Of a stretch of 64,000 nt of DNA, positions 1 to 11,639 are shown in pieces; position 1 is the stretch's first letter, and the number at the start of each line of letters is the position of its first letter. This DNA is from Escherichia coli. Lineage in GTDB: Bacteria > Pseudomonadota > Gammaproteobacteria > Enterobacterales > Enterobacteriaceae. The DNA is taken from NCBI RefSeq assembly GCF_044324785.1, contig NZ_CP172127.1; one strand, 5' to 3'. A program made the translations under genes and the position numbers. The notes under the pieces were generated by a model that was not told the DNA's origin, searched no databases, and saw only the letters and a list, made by a program, of their open reading frames with translations.

Positions 1-1554
1 AGGAAACATCAACGGACAACAGATTCATGCATTCTGTACTTCCTTTTACCGACAGGTGCACGAGCGTATTACTGAACGTAATCACACGGCCAGTCCAGCA
101 CCACCGGTGGTATTACGCTGGTTGCGGGAACAACATGGAGGAGCAACAATGCGATGCCTGTTGCTGCTCAGCCAGACGAGCATTTGCCATCCACGGGTCA
201 GTGCCACGGTTGATGAAGAATGTTCGCAACGGGTGGATTTATTGCAACAGACATGGCGGGTGATAAGTGCTGACGGACAATGCCGGGTGGAAAGGTGTTT
301 TCAGGCTGCCCGGGGTGATACATCCGGCCAGTATATTGCGTTAAAAACAGTTGCATTGTCTCTGGGGTTACCGGTTGTGACCGGTATTACCCATCGCCCG
401 GTACAGCGCTGTACATTGATTACAGCTCAGTGAACAGCGCTGTTGTGCAGTCAACGAGGTTTTCTGTCTTTTCGTCGGTCATTCAGCATCATTAAACGGG
501 TCTCTGCCTCTTTCTGTTCCTGTGGTGTCACTTCCCCGCACGGCTGACCGTTCAGGTTGTAACGGGCGCCACCTGCTATTAACGCACGGTAATAGCGCGG
601 AGACTGCACATAAGACGCCACTGCTGCATGTAATGTACCAGCGCCAAACGCCAGTTCTCGGATGGCGATATCCTGTATCAGGTCGTCAGGTATCCCCACT
701 TTAAGTGGTTTTGTTTTTTTCCCGGTTGAATGACTCAGGCCAGAGTTCCACAAGACGAATAATGCGCTTACGGTTTTTGCTCTGGCGTTTTGTCATGTCG
801 CCACGGTGTTTTATCAGCAGGTTTCTGTTTATCGTTCAACTGTGGTATCTGGTCACCGGCCTTCATTTTGTATGCTGTGTCCGTTTTATTCTGCAGCGGC
901 GTTGCCGGTGATTTACTGAAAATACCCTGCGGTTTACGGTTAATGGTCAGAGTTACCATCAATTTTGTTACCTCGCGCTGTCAATGGAAGTAGTACCTCA
1001 TCCGATATCTGAAAATGTTTTCCGGTGGATGTTACAGCGAATTTCATGTAAGACATGTTGTTGTCGGTATTGTTCAGTACTGTGCGTTGTGAGCGTATTC
1101 GTTATCAGACAGAGGGGCAGGGAACAAACGTCAGAGGTTAAGGATATCCGGGAACAAATGGCGTAAACGGACATCTCAGTGCCTGAGAAACAGTACAGGT
1201 CAGGCCATCATGGCCTGCAAACAGAGCCCTGGCGACCCCGTGGCCGAAAACGAAACAATAACCCGCGCGCAGTGCGAGGAATCCGGATGTGAAGCAATCA
1301 GCAGGTAATATTAATGGCAGGACCAGCAGGTTCTTTAAACAAACGAACATGCTGTAATTGATATTTTGCTTATTGTATTTTCTTTTTAGTTATTAAATTA
1401 ATTTATTTACGAAAAATTTTCTGCAGATACAGGATGGGAATTCAGGGTGTCATCACGCCTTATGATGACACCCTTCCCCTGGTTGTGGAAAACCGAAGGA
1501 TATATCAGGTTCAGCAACAAAATCAGTGAGCTGAAAGATACCAGTCCCCCAGCT

Positions 1555-2574
1555 TCAGCAGCTTTCACGTAAACATAAACAGGGCTCAATGAATATCTGA
1601 TTGCTCCAGTTACCTTCTTTAATTCGTTCCAGCAAAACATTTCCTGCTTCCAGACCAATTTTCCTGTGAGGAACGGCCATTGTTGTTAATGATGGTTGGC
1701 AAACTTTGCTGACGTCACTGTCACCAAATCCTACTACGGCGAGCTCGTCTGGAACTTTGATCCGTCTTCGTTGACATTCATAGAGAACACCGCAGGCTAA
1801 CTCATCTGACACACATACCAGGGCATCCAGTTCCGGCCATGCGAGCAAAAATTCCGGTAGTTGTGATGCTCCGGTGGAAAAAACAGGTGGCAGAGCAGCG
1901 TTAATAACACGGTTGGGAGACATATGATGGCGTAACATAGCTTTATACCATCCCTGTAAATGCTGCTGAAAGATCCACTGTTCCTGGTTAGCGCATAGCA
2001 AACCGATATTCTGATAACCACGTTGTACCAGCATATCCGTCAGCTCGAACATTGCTGCAACATTATCAATACCAATGTTGATATCTATCGGATCAGTACG
2101 AATGGCACCGATTTCTATAACAGGAATCGAGGCATTTTTGAGCAAGTGACGCACGGTACTATTATGCTCAACACTAAGCAAAATTGCTGCAGCGATATTA
2201 GAAGCCAGCAGGGTTTCCAGCAGTTTTTCTTCTTGTTCCAGACGATGGCGTGACTCAGCCAGGATTATTTGATACCCCGCTGGTTGTAGCACATGTTGCA
2301 GCCCGGCAAACATTTCCGTGCATCCCGCTTCAGCCAGGTTTGGCACGACCATTGCGATCGTGTGTGAAGATGCCGATGCCAGTGCGCTTGCAGTGAGGTT
2401 GGGCATATACCCTAATTCATTAACTGCGGCTTCAATCTTCTCCCTCAATTTATCTGAAACTTGTTCGGGAGTGCGTAACGCTCTGGATACAGTCATTGTG
2501 CCAACTCCCGCGAGTTGCGCGACATCAGCAATAGTGACTTTACCTGTACTACGACGTTTTCGGGTTATTGCCAT
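1555..2574 (-). CDS. LacI-family transcriptional regulator
   Basis: 339-aa ORF; N-terminus KVTIADVAQLAGVGTMTVSRAL is a LacI/GalR-type HTH, followed by a sugar-binding-type core; divergent from the PTS operon with palindromic operator-like sites between them. Confidence 0.85.
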   Translation of the reverse strand: MAITRKRRSTGKVTIADVAQLAGVGTMTVSRALRTPEQVSDKLREKIEAAVNELGYMPNLTASALASASSHTIAMVVPNLAEAGCTEMFAGLQHVLQPAGYQIILAESRHRLEQEEKLLETLLASNIAAAILLSVEHNSTVRHLLKNASIPVIEIGAIRTDPIDINIGIDNVAAMFELTDMLVQRGYQNIGLLCANQEQWIFQQHLQGWYKAMLRHHMSPNRVINAALPPVFSTGASQLPEFLLAWPELDALVCVSDELACGVLYECQRRRIKVPDELAVVGFGDSDVSKVCQPSLTTMAVPHRKIGLEAGNVLLERIKEGNWSNQIFIEPCLCLRESC

Positions 2575-2706
2575 ACAAAATCCTGCTCAGCGACTACATA
2601 TGGAGATCTTTTATTACTTATCATCAACGGCTTCCTGCACTGCCAGTAGCAGAGTATACCTCTTAATATCTGCCATAAGTCTGGATTTAATCAGTGAAAT
2701 CTATTT

Positions 2707-2720
2707 TGATAGCGCTATCA
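2707..2720. promoter_or_regulatory. Putative LacI-type operator, perfect 14-bp palindrome TGATAGCGCTATCA
   Basis: Perfect inverted repeat with central CG, in the divergent intergenic region between the LacI-family gene and the PTS operon. Confidence 0.55.
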
Positions 2721-2740
2721 CAAATTCGAACAATACCTCC

Positions 2741-2754
2741 TGATAGCGCTATCT
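2741..2754. promoter_or_regulatory. Second operator-like site TGATAGCGCTATCT (13/14 match to first)
   Basis: Near-identical copy 34 bp downstream of the first palindrome. Confidence 0.5.
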
Positions 2755-2825
2755 TTGTGATATTGATCGCAGATATACCGTCGTTACTTGAATACATTCT
2801 GGTCATATAAATAAGAAATTAGGGG

Positions 2826-3275
2826 GTGGGAGTGCTTAATATCTGGCTTTCTGATTCAACAATCGCATTACGAAAGAATGCCGCAACCTGGCAGCAGGCA
2901 TTAGATATCTGTGCCAGACCGTTACTGGATGCAGAGATAATTACGACGGATTATCTCAGTGCGATAAAGACACAACATGAAAAACTGGGGCCTTATTATG
3001 TCCTGGCACCCGGGCTGGCCATGCCGCATGCCCGACCAGAAGAAGGGGCAAAAGGATTAGGTTTATCATTATTAAAACTTGAAGAAGGTGTCAGTTTTCA
3101 TACAGAGGAATTTGATCCTGTAGATGTTATCATTTTACTTGCCGCACCAGACAAACACAGTCATATCGAAATGATATCTGCACTGGCTGAGTTATTCTCC
3201 AGCGAAAAAGATTTACATGAATTGCATCAGGCTCGCAATGTGGAGGAAATAAAAAAGATAATTTCACGGTTCTGA
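2826..3275 (+). CDS. PTS EIIA component (ascorbate/mannitol-type IIA)
   Basis: 149-aa ORF with the conserved phosphorylatable His region (LAMPHARPEEG) typical of PTS EIIA-2 domains; first gene of PTS operon; GTG start assumed. Confidence 0.8.
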   Translation: MGVLNIWLSDSTIALRKNAATWQQALDICARPLLDAEIITTDYLSAIKTQHEKLGPYYVLAPGLAMPHARPEEGAKGLGLSLLKLEEGVSFHTEEFDPVDVIILLAAPDKHSHIEMISALAELFSSEKDLHELHQARNVEEIKKIISRF

Positions 3276-3353
3276 TTACATTATAAATTCAGTCTTTTCA
3301 CAACATTGCGCCGTTGCGTGATGGGACTTCTTCAACTTAAAATGGTGAATATA

Positions 3354-3626
3354 ATGAAAATTATGGCTATTTGTGGCTCAGGGCTTGGTAGTAGTTTTAT
3401 GGTCGAAATGAATATTAAAAAAGTTCTGAAAAAAATGGATATAGAGGCGGAAGTGGAACATTCCGATCTCTCATCAGCAACGCCAGGGGCTGCCGATTTA
3501 TTTGTGATGGCCAAAGATATTGCTGCCAGTGCCAGCGTACCGGAAAGTCAGTTGGTGGTTATCAACAACATCATTGATATTAATGAACTCGAAACGCAAC
3601 TGCGTAACTGGTTAGCAAAACAATAA
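3354..3626 (+). CDS. PTS EIIB component (ascorbate family)
   Basis: About 90 aa from internal ATG; N-terminal MKIMAICGSGLGSS matches the IIB active-site Cys loop (compare UlaB/SgcB); the longer track ORF starts at a TTG. Confidence 0.75.
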   Translation: MKIMAICGSGLGSSFMVEMNIKKVLKKMDIEAEVEHSDLSSATPGAADLFVMAKDIAASASVPESQLVVINNIIDINELETQLRNWLAKQ

Positions 3627-3648
3627 CCTTAATTGAAGCGAGGTGGAT

Positions 3649-5037
3649 ATGTTTATCCTTGAAACGCTGAATTTTGTTGTTGATATACTTAAAGTGCCCG
3701 CGATACTGGTCGGCTTGATTGCCTTAATTGGTCTGGTTGCCCAGAAAAAATCTTTTTCAGATGTTGTTAAAGGTACAATTAAAACTATTCTCGGCTTTAT
3801 TGTACTGGGCGGTGGTGCCACTGTTTTGGTTGGTTCGTTAAATCCTCTTGGGAGTATGTTTGAACATGCCTTTAATATTCAGGGCATCATTCCGAATAAT
3901 GAGGCTATTGTTTCTATTGCGCTGGAAAAATATGGCGCATCGACGGCCCTTATTATGGCATTTGGTATGGTGGCGAATATTATTGTTGCCCGCTTTACCC
4001 GCCTTAAATATATCTTCCTGACCGGACACCACACATTTTACATGGCCTGCATGATTGGTGTGATTCTGACAGTGGCTGGTTTTGAAGGTATATCACTGGT
4101 CTTTACCGGTTCTCTTATTCTGGGACTTGTGATGGCATTTTTCCCGGCATTAGCACAACGCTATATGAAGCGTATTACGGGGAATGATGACATTGCTTTT
4201 GGTCACTTTGGCACTCTGGGATATGTACTTTCTGGCTGGATTGGCAGCGTGTGCGGTAAAGGTTCCCGCTCCACCGAAGAGATGAATTTGCCCAAAAATC
4301 TGAGCTTCCTGCGCGACAGTTCCATCTCTATTTCTCTTACGATGATGGTGATTTATCTGATCATGGCGATCAGTGCTGGTCGTGAGTTCGTTGAAAGCCA
4401 GTTCAGTGGTGGTCAAAACTACCTTGTCTACGCCATCATAATGGCCATCACCTTCGCTGCTGGTGTATTTATTATTCTGCAAGGCGTGCGTTTAATCCTT
4501 GCTGAAATAGTTCCGGCATTTACCGGGTTTTCAGAAAAGCTGGTGCCGAATGCCCGTCCGGCCCTCGATTGCCCGGTTGTGTATCCGTATGCGCCAAACG
4601 CAGTGTTAGTTGGTTTCTTGTTTAGCTTTTTTGGCGGTCTGGTAGGGCTATTTTTGTTGGGACAGATGAAACTGGTGTTGATTCTTCCGGGTGTCGTTCC
4701 TCACTTTTTTACCGGGGCGGCTGCTGGCGTATTTGGTAACGCTACGGGGGGACGTCGTGGCGCAATGATTGGTGCTTTTGCGAATGGCTTATTGATTACC
4801 TTCCTGCCAGTACTGTTATTGCCGGTTCTTGGGGCGATAGGCTTTGCTAATACGACCTTTTCCGATGCAGATTTTGGTGCTGTCGGCATCGTCCTCGGAA
4901 ACCTGGCACGTTATCTCTCACCTTTTGCCATCACCGGACTTGTAGTAGCGCTATTTGTGCTGCTGGTTGCCTGGAACATTTTCGCCAGTAACAAAATCGC
5001 TGCCAAAGCGCAGAAGAAGAGTGGAGCCAAATCATGA
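3649..5037 (+). CDS. PTS EIIC permease (ascorbate family, UlaA/SgaT-like)
   Basis: About 460-aa polytopic membrane protein with Gly-rich hydrophobic segments; RBS GAGGTGG upstream; stop overlaps next start (ATGA). Confidence 0.85.
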   Translation: MFILETLNFVVDILKVPAILVGLIALIGLVAQKKSFSDVVKGTIKTILGFIVLGGGATVLVGSLNPLGSMFEHAFNIQGIIPNNEAIVSIALEKYGASTALIMAFGMVANIIVARFTRLKYIFLTGHHTFYMACMIGVILTVAGFEGISLVFTGSLILGLVMAFFPALAQRYMKRITGNDDIAFGHFGTLGYVLSGWIGSVCGKGSRSTEEMNLPKNLSFLRDSSISISLTMMVIYLIMAISAGREFVESQFSGGQNYLVYAIIMAITFAAGVFIILQGVRLILAEIVPAFTGFSEKLVPNARPALDCPVVYPYAPNAVLVGFLFSFFGGLVGLFLLGQMKLVLILPGVVPHFFTGAAAGVFGNATGGRRGAMIGAFANGLLITFLPVLLLPVLGAIGFANTTFSDADFGAVGIVLGNLARYLSPFAITGLVVALFVLLVAWNIFASNKIAAKAQKKSGAKS

Positions 5038-5864
5038 ATGTTAAAGAATTGACTCAATTTGCACGGGATATACGTATCCAGACGCTTAAATCATTAACTC
5101 ATCTCGGCTTCGGTCATTATGGTGGCAGCATGTCGGTTGTGGAAACGCTGGCAGTGCTTTATGGCGCTGTAATGAAAATTGATCCTGCTGCTCCCGACTG
5201 GCCTGAGCGTGACTATTTTATCCTGTCCAAAGGACATGCCGGACCTGCTCTCTACAGTACTCTGGCGCTGAAAGGCTACTTTCCACTGGAAGAATTAAGC
5301 ACCTTAAATCAGAACGGAACCCGCTTACCAAGTCATCCGGATCGGCTAAAAACGTGTGGTGTTGATAGCACCACAGGATCGCTGGGGCAGGGGATATCCA
5401 TTGCCGGAGGGATGGCGCTGTCGCATAAACTGGCGGGGCGCAAGAATCGGGTTTTTTGTATTGTCGGCGATGGCGAACTTAATGAAGGCCAATGTTGGGA
5501 AGCTTTCCAGTTTATCGCGCATCATCGTTTGAATAACCTCACTGTGTTTGTGGACTGGAACAAACAGCAGCTTGATGGTCAACTGGATGAAATTATTAAT
5601 CCATTTGATTTGGAAGGAAAATTCCGGGCTTTCGGTTTTGATGTCGTGACAGTGAAGGGCGATGATATTGAGGGCTTGTTGAATGTAGTTAAACCTGTCC
5701 TGCCAGCTGAGGCCAGACCGAGAGTGGTCATTCTCGATAGCATTAAAGGGCAGGGGGTGCCGTGTCTCGAGCAACTCAGTAATTCTCATCACTTACGCCT
5801 CACAGAAGAGATGAAGGGGACGCTAAACGAAACAATTCGCCAACTGGAGGCTATGCATGATTAA
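5034..5864 (+). CDS. Transketolase, N-terminal (TPP-binding) subunit
   Basis: 276 aa; motifs GHYGGSMSVVE and GSLGQGISIAGGMA are the split-transketolase N-terminal subunit signature; translationally coupled to the PTS IIC gene. Confidence 0.85.
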   Translation: MNVKELTQFARDIRIQTLKSLTHLGFGHYGGSMSVVETLAVLYGAVMKIDPAAPDWPERDYFILSKGHAGPALYSTLALKGYFPLEELSTLNQNGTRLPSHPDRLKTCGVDSTTGSLGQGISIAGGMALSHKLAGRKNRVFCIVGDGELNEGQCWEAFQFIAHHRLNNLTVFVDWNKQQLDGQLDEIINPFDLEGKFRAFGFDVVTVKGDDIEGLLNVVKPVLPAEARPRVVILDSIKGQGVPCLEQLSNSHHLRLTEEMKGTLNETIRQLEAMHD

Positions 5865-6810
5865 TCTCGCACCGGCAGGACAAAAAGACAGCATTGAAAT
5901 GCGCAAAGTTTATGCAGATTTTATCGCGCAACAGAGTAAAAACGTCAGTTCTGTCATTGCTCTTGAGGCTGATTTAATGAGTTCCATGGCAATGGACAGC
6001 GTGGCGCAGGATTATCCAGATCACGTCATTAATTGCGGCATTATGGAAGCCAATGTTATCGGCACAGCTGCAGGGCTGGCCTTAACCGGGCGCAAGCCAT
6101 TCGTGCATACCTTTACCGCATTTGCCAGTCGTCGCTGTTTTGATCAACTCTTTATGTCGCTTGATTACCAGGGCGCTAACGTCAAAGTTATAGCTTCTGA
6201 TGCGGGTGTTGCTGCTTGCCACAATGGCGGAACACATATGTCATTTGAAGATATGGGAATTGTGCGCGGGCTGGCGCATTCGGTGGTGATGGAGATGACA
6301 GATGCCGTAATGTTCAGCGATATCTTGCGTCAACTCGTTGCACTGGAAGGATTTTATTGGATTCGTACCATTCGGAAGCAAGCAGCGAGTATTTACGCAC
6401 CAGGTACAACCTTTACAATTGGCAAAGGGCAGGTATTACGTGAAGGTACGGATGTCACCTTAATTGCTAATGGCATTATGGTGGTGGAAGCCCTGGAGGC
6501 CGCACGTCAACTTGAGCTGGCTGGGGTAAGTGTAGCGGTGATTGATATGTTTACGCTCAAACCCGTTGATCGGATGTTAATTAAAAATTATGCCGAAAAA
6601 ACAGGACGGATCGTAACATGTGAAAACCATAGTATTCATAATGGATTAGGTTCAGCGGTTGCTGAAGTGCTTGTAGAAACTTGTCCTGTGCCCATGCGTC
6701 GGGTGGGGGTTAAAGAGCGGTATGGCCAGGTTGGAGCTCAGGACTTTTTACAGAGAGAGTACGGGTTAACCGCGCAAGATATTGTGGCGGCAGCCAGAGA
6801 GCTATTGTAA
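5857..6810 (+). CDS. Transketolase, C-terminal subunit
   Basis: 317 aa; pyrimidine-binding/C-terminal transketolase domain; overlaps upstream gene by 8 nt. Confidence 0.85.
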   Translation: MINLAPAGQKDSIEMRKVYADFIAQQSKNVSSVIALEADLMSSMAMDSVAQDYPDHVINCGIMEANVIGTAAGLALTGRKPFVHTFTAFASRRCFDQLFMSLDYQGANVKVIASDAGVAACHNGGTHMSFEDMGIVRGLAHSVVMEMTDAVMFSDILRQLVALEGFYWIRTIRKQAASIYAPGTTFTIGKGQVLREGTDVTLIANGIMVVEALEAARQLELAGVSVAVIDMFTLKPVDRMLIKNYAEKTGRIVTCENHSIHNGLGSAVAEVLVETCPVPMRRVGVKERYGQVGAQDFLQREYGLTAQDIVAAARELL

Positions 6811-6928
6811 TTCATGGAGTTTGTTTACCATTCTGTTTTTCTTAAAAGTGAGTGTCTGTGCGGTCACTAAACTCGGTAATAAAGCAGTTCATTGCAGGAT
6901 AAGAAGCGTTTGGTTGTGTCGTTTTACC

Positions 6929-7185
6929 GTAAGAACCGACCGCCGTATGTAGCCATTAAGCCAGTATTGGTAACGTAGGTGCCCACCTTTTCAAACTGGT
7001 GGACGCCTGTTATGGAGCAAAAACATTATCCGCAGAACCCCGCAGATCATTTTCAAATGAGTTAAACTTCAAATGGTTAAACTGGTTTTGCAACCAGGAG
7101 CCTCTGTTGCCCGTATTGCCCGGGAACACGATATCAATGATAACCTCCTGTTCAAATGGCTCAGACTCTGGCAGAACGTAAGGTA
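6929..7185 (+). mobile_element. IS66-family left-end remnant (IR plus frameshifted 5' part of tnpA)
   Basis: Terminal sequence GTAAGAACCGACCGCCGTATGTAGCCAT resembles the IS66 IR at 27504; translated fragment ...INDNLLFKWLRLWQN matches IS66 TnpA at 26994-27419. Confidence 0.6.
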
Positions 7186-8036
7186 AAGGGAGATGAAAAA
7201 GGCAATAGCAGAACTGAGTGACAGTGAAACCATTCTGGCGTACAGGGTTGGATGGTGAAACTGATAAAAAACCCCCTCTGAAATTCTGTCAGAGGGGCTA
7301 GTCAATAAGGGAATAATATTCAACATGAAGATGTCTTCTGGGAATGTTTATATAGCAAATGCTTTCACTCCGGTAATTAATTTCCGTGATTAACTGCTTT
7401 CGATCAATAAAGGAATTGCAAAAGTGTGATCTTGTTCACGACATCGTGGATAATAATATGCCTGATGTCTGAATCCGGAAACAGTGCTCTGGCGGGTTTC
7501 ATGTGAAGTTGACGGATAAAAAATCCGCACGACCAGACAGACGTGCGGTTTACGAAATTCGTAACAAGAGGCTTTTCTACGGATCACGTGGTGCGTGCCA
7601 CGTGAAATTTTTGTAGCGCAAAATGTGTGATGTGTAAATACAAGGAAGGAAAAAAGTTAAATCGGTGGAAGTCCATACCTGCCACGTGTACGTCTGCATT
7701 CCTCGTTTTGAACAGAATTCTCACCAGACATCGTGAATTTCTCATTCAATCATCAGAGATATTAACCAGGATTTTTATTGTTTTGTGATATCAGCAGTGC
7801 AGGTATACAGACATTAAAGTAATCAGGTTTATTATAACCACCTTTACAAAGTTGTATGTGTTTATAATTTAAGGATTTTAATGCCAGTCGTTTTCTGCTG
7901 CTTAAATTGAGGTCGCATATTATACACAATAATATTCCTGGCATTATTAAATTAATAAAAGAGGATTCTTATCACTGTATTTTTGCTCCGCACTACCGTT
8001 CTGGCTGGTGAAGTAATAATACAGGAGAATAACAGA

Positions 8037-9233
<1,197 letters not shown>

Positions 9234-9255
9234 CAGGTCAGGATTTAGATATCTG

Positions 9256-9277
9256 TCCCGGGGGGAGTCCCCCGGGA
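9256..9277. terminator. GC-rich hairpin downstream of the adhesin gene (TCCCGGGGGGAGTCCCCCGGGA)
   Basis: Perfect 10-bp inverted repeat 23 nt after the stop; no clear U-tract, so it may instead be a regulatory hairpin. Confidence 0.4.
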
Positions 9278-9294
9278 TATAATGAGGTACAGAG

Positions 9295-9750
9295 ATGCTG
9301 GATATAATCCTGGCGACGAGAGATATTTATTTTGAAAAAGCCCTGCGAGAGATATTTGGAACCGTAAGCAGTCGAATCAGATATATAGAAGATGCCATAT
9401 CAGACAGAAGAAGGGTGCAGTCAGGCAGGTCATTCAGATATTATTTTGTATTCTGTGATGATGAGTATACAGATATTGTTCGTATTCTTTTTACCGGAGA
9501 GGCCTGCTGTATTCTGAATAAGTCGATGCTGAATCTGAGAGCGGCCGGAGGTGTGTTGACGCTGGAAGAGCGCAGAGCGGTACTGAACCGGTATTACAGA
9601 GGTTTAAGTATTGCGGAGATTACAGAAGAGACGGGGCAGAATGACAAGACGGTATACGGTCATCTTCGTCGTGCACTGCAGCGGTCTGGATTCCGGAAGG
9701 GGCGTTTTATAAAGGGGAGAGAAGCGGCGGGGGATTCAGGTGTTGAATAA
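9295..9750 (+). CDS. Small HTH transcriptional regulator (sigma-70 region-4/LuxR-type HTH at C-terminus)
   Basis: 151 aa; C-terminal LTLEERRAVLNRYYRGLSIAEITEETGQNDKTVYGHLRRAL resembles a region-4-type HTH; immediately downstream of the adhesin. Confidence 0.5.
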   Translation: MLDIILATRDIYFEKALREIFGTVSSRIRYIEDAISDRRRVQSGRSFRYYFVFCDDEYTDIVRILFTGEACCILNKSMLNLRAAGGVLTLEERRAVLNRYYRGLSIAEITEETGQNDKTVYGHLRRALQRSGFRKGRFIKGREAAGDSGVE

Positions 9751-10106
9751 TGTATCTTATATTGTGATATCGGTGCTGCTGCTGTTATTTTTTGTTGTAT
9801 TTGTGACGAATGGTTAAGAATAAAACATGAGCTGGTGATTATCAGGACAGGTTGCTTGTATATGAAGATAACAAAGGTGGCATTTATTTTTGCGCTGTCA
9901 GTGTGGAGTGTTGCTGTGATATGTCTTTTATTATTTGTACTGGTTGTTCTGGGATAGCCATAGTGAAATAAAAAGCTGTCTGAATTAAATTATTTTGCAC
10001 ACATGTTTTAATTCTGCACTGAATTCAGAATGGGTAATCAGTGACCGTCCTGACGGTCACTTTAAAGAAAAGGCATTTACACAGAATTACTGACAGGCTC
10101 TGGCTG

Positions 10107-10445
10107 TCATTCGGCCGATGAACAGTTGCTTAAGACAGGATTATCATTCCCTTCCACCAGATTGGCTTTTTTACCTTTTGTGTACAGTTTATATGAGTAT
10201 CTTTTATTGATGGCTTCGTAATTGGCTCCGGAGGCCATTTTCATTAGCTGCATAGGTATCATCTCATCCATCTGATTAATCACTGCATATGAGTTCCCAG
10301 CAGTGGTGTTGATATAGACCACCTCCATTGTCTTATTTCCATTACAGACATAAGCTGTTTTTGAGATTTCTTTTGTGGCAGCGGAGGATACCATACTGTT
10401 GCTAACAAGAATGAGTGCAAGGACGGGAGAAGAGTATTTTTTCAT
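10107..10445 (-). CDS. MliC/PliC-family lysozyme inhibitor (secreted)
   Basis: 112 aa with signal peptide; two conserved Cys and spacing (YVCNGNK...SYAVINQ...ASGANYEA...NPVLSNC) parallel E. coli MliC. Confidence 0.6.
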   Translation of the reverse strand: MKKYSSPVLALILVSNSMVSSAATKEISKTAYVCNGNKTMEVVYINTTAGNSYAVINQMDEMIPMQLMKMASGANYEAINKRYSYKLYTKGKKANLVEGNDNPVLSNCSSAE

Positions 10446-10895
10446 AATAACTCCTTCTGTAGGTTAAAAAAACAGGTGTTTGATCAGAATTATATTAATA
10501 ATTCATTCATCAGAAAAAAAGGTTTTTGTTATAGCAATAATAATGAGCACAATTGCTTGTGAAACTGGTGCCATTTTACGGTTGCTTAGGAGTGCTGAAA
10601 CTGTGCCTGTTAGGGCACAGCTGGTGTGGTGGTCTCAGTACGGAACAATTTGAAAACCAGAACATCACTTAGGCTTGTGTCCACATTACATGGGGTAGGA
10701 TCAGTATTCCTCTATCAGGGGTAACTCGACCAGGCTGGCTGAGCTCTCGTTTTACTGCGAGTATCTATGCCCATTCAGCCAGTGTCAGCGCGAGAGTGTT
10801 AAATTCCGAGCGATTATCCATGCGCAGCATGACCGGATAACCATGATTTAGCCCCTGCCGAGCTAATCGGGAACTGCATAGCACTCTCAATATGG

Positions 10896-10919
10896 AATAA
10901 GCGATAATTATCGCTTATT
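10896..10919. terminator. Hairpin downstream of nanE-like gene (AATAAGCGATAATTATCGCTTATT)
   Basis: Perfect 12-bp inverted repeat just 3' of the minus-strand operon. Confidence 0.5.
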
Positions 10920-10949
10920 CCCAGCAAAATATCATGCCTCATCGGTGCT

Positions 10950-11639
10950 TTACGAGGCGATCGCTGCAATAAAGCGTGTCGTTATCTGCTGCGGACGAGT
11001 GATTGCCCCCCCAACCACCACGGTATGAGCGCCTAATGTCAGGCAACGTGCGGCGCACTCCGGGGTGTCGACATTCCCTTCCGCCACGACCGGAACGCTG
11101 ACCGCTTTCAGGACCTCACGTAAGAATCCACAGTCATTTTCCGCCAGCACATGCCTGGCAGTTTCTGCGGTATAGCCGTAGAGCGTAGTGCCCACACAGT
11201 CAAAACCCAGACGTTCAGCTGTCACTGCCTCTTCTACTGTTGCTATATCTGCCATCAGAAGTATGGACGGGTAGCGAGCGCGGATCTGCGTGACCAGTTC
11301 TTCCAGCGTCTGACCACCAGGGCGCGGGCGCGCAGTAGCATCCAGGGCAATAATTTCCGGCTCAACGGTCATCAGCTCATCCACTTCCCGGAGAGTGGCC
11401 GTGATAAACACCTCACTGCCAGGGTAATCGCGTTTGATAATCCCTATCATCGGAAGGGAGACAATCTCTTTGATAGCACTAATATCCGCCACGCTGTTGG
11501 CACGGATACCTGCAGCACCACCTTGTGCTGCCGCCAGCGCCATACGTGACATAATAAACGGACTATGTAGAGGCTCATTTTCCAGAGCCTGACAGGAGAC
11601 GATTAATTTACCTTTCAGGGAATCCAGTACAGTTTTCAT
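10950..11639 (-). CDS. nanE: N-acetylmannosamine-6-phosphate 2-epimerase (NanE family)
   Basis: 229 aa; N-terminal [20 protein letters not shown] and overall TIM-barrel NanE-like sequence; start overlaps stop of upstream PTS gene. Confidence 0.85.
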   Translation of the reverse strand: MKTVLDSLKGKLIVSCQALENEPLHSPFIMSRMALAAAQGGAAGIRANSVADISAIKEIVSLPMIGIIKRDYPGSEVFITATLREVDELMTVEPEIIALDATARPRPGGQTLEELVTQIRARYPSILLMADIATVEEAVTAERLGFDCVGTTLYGYTAETARHVLAENDCGFLREVLKAVSVPVVAEGNVDTPECAARCLTLGAHTVVVGGAITRPQQITTRFIAAIAS

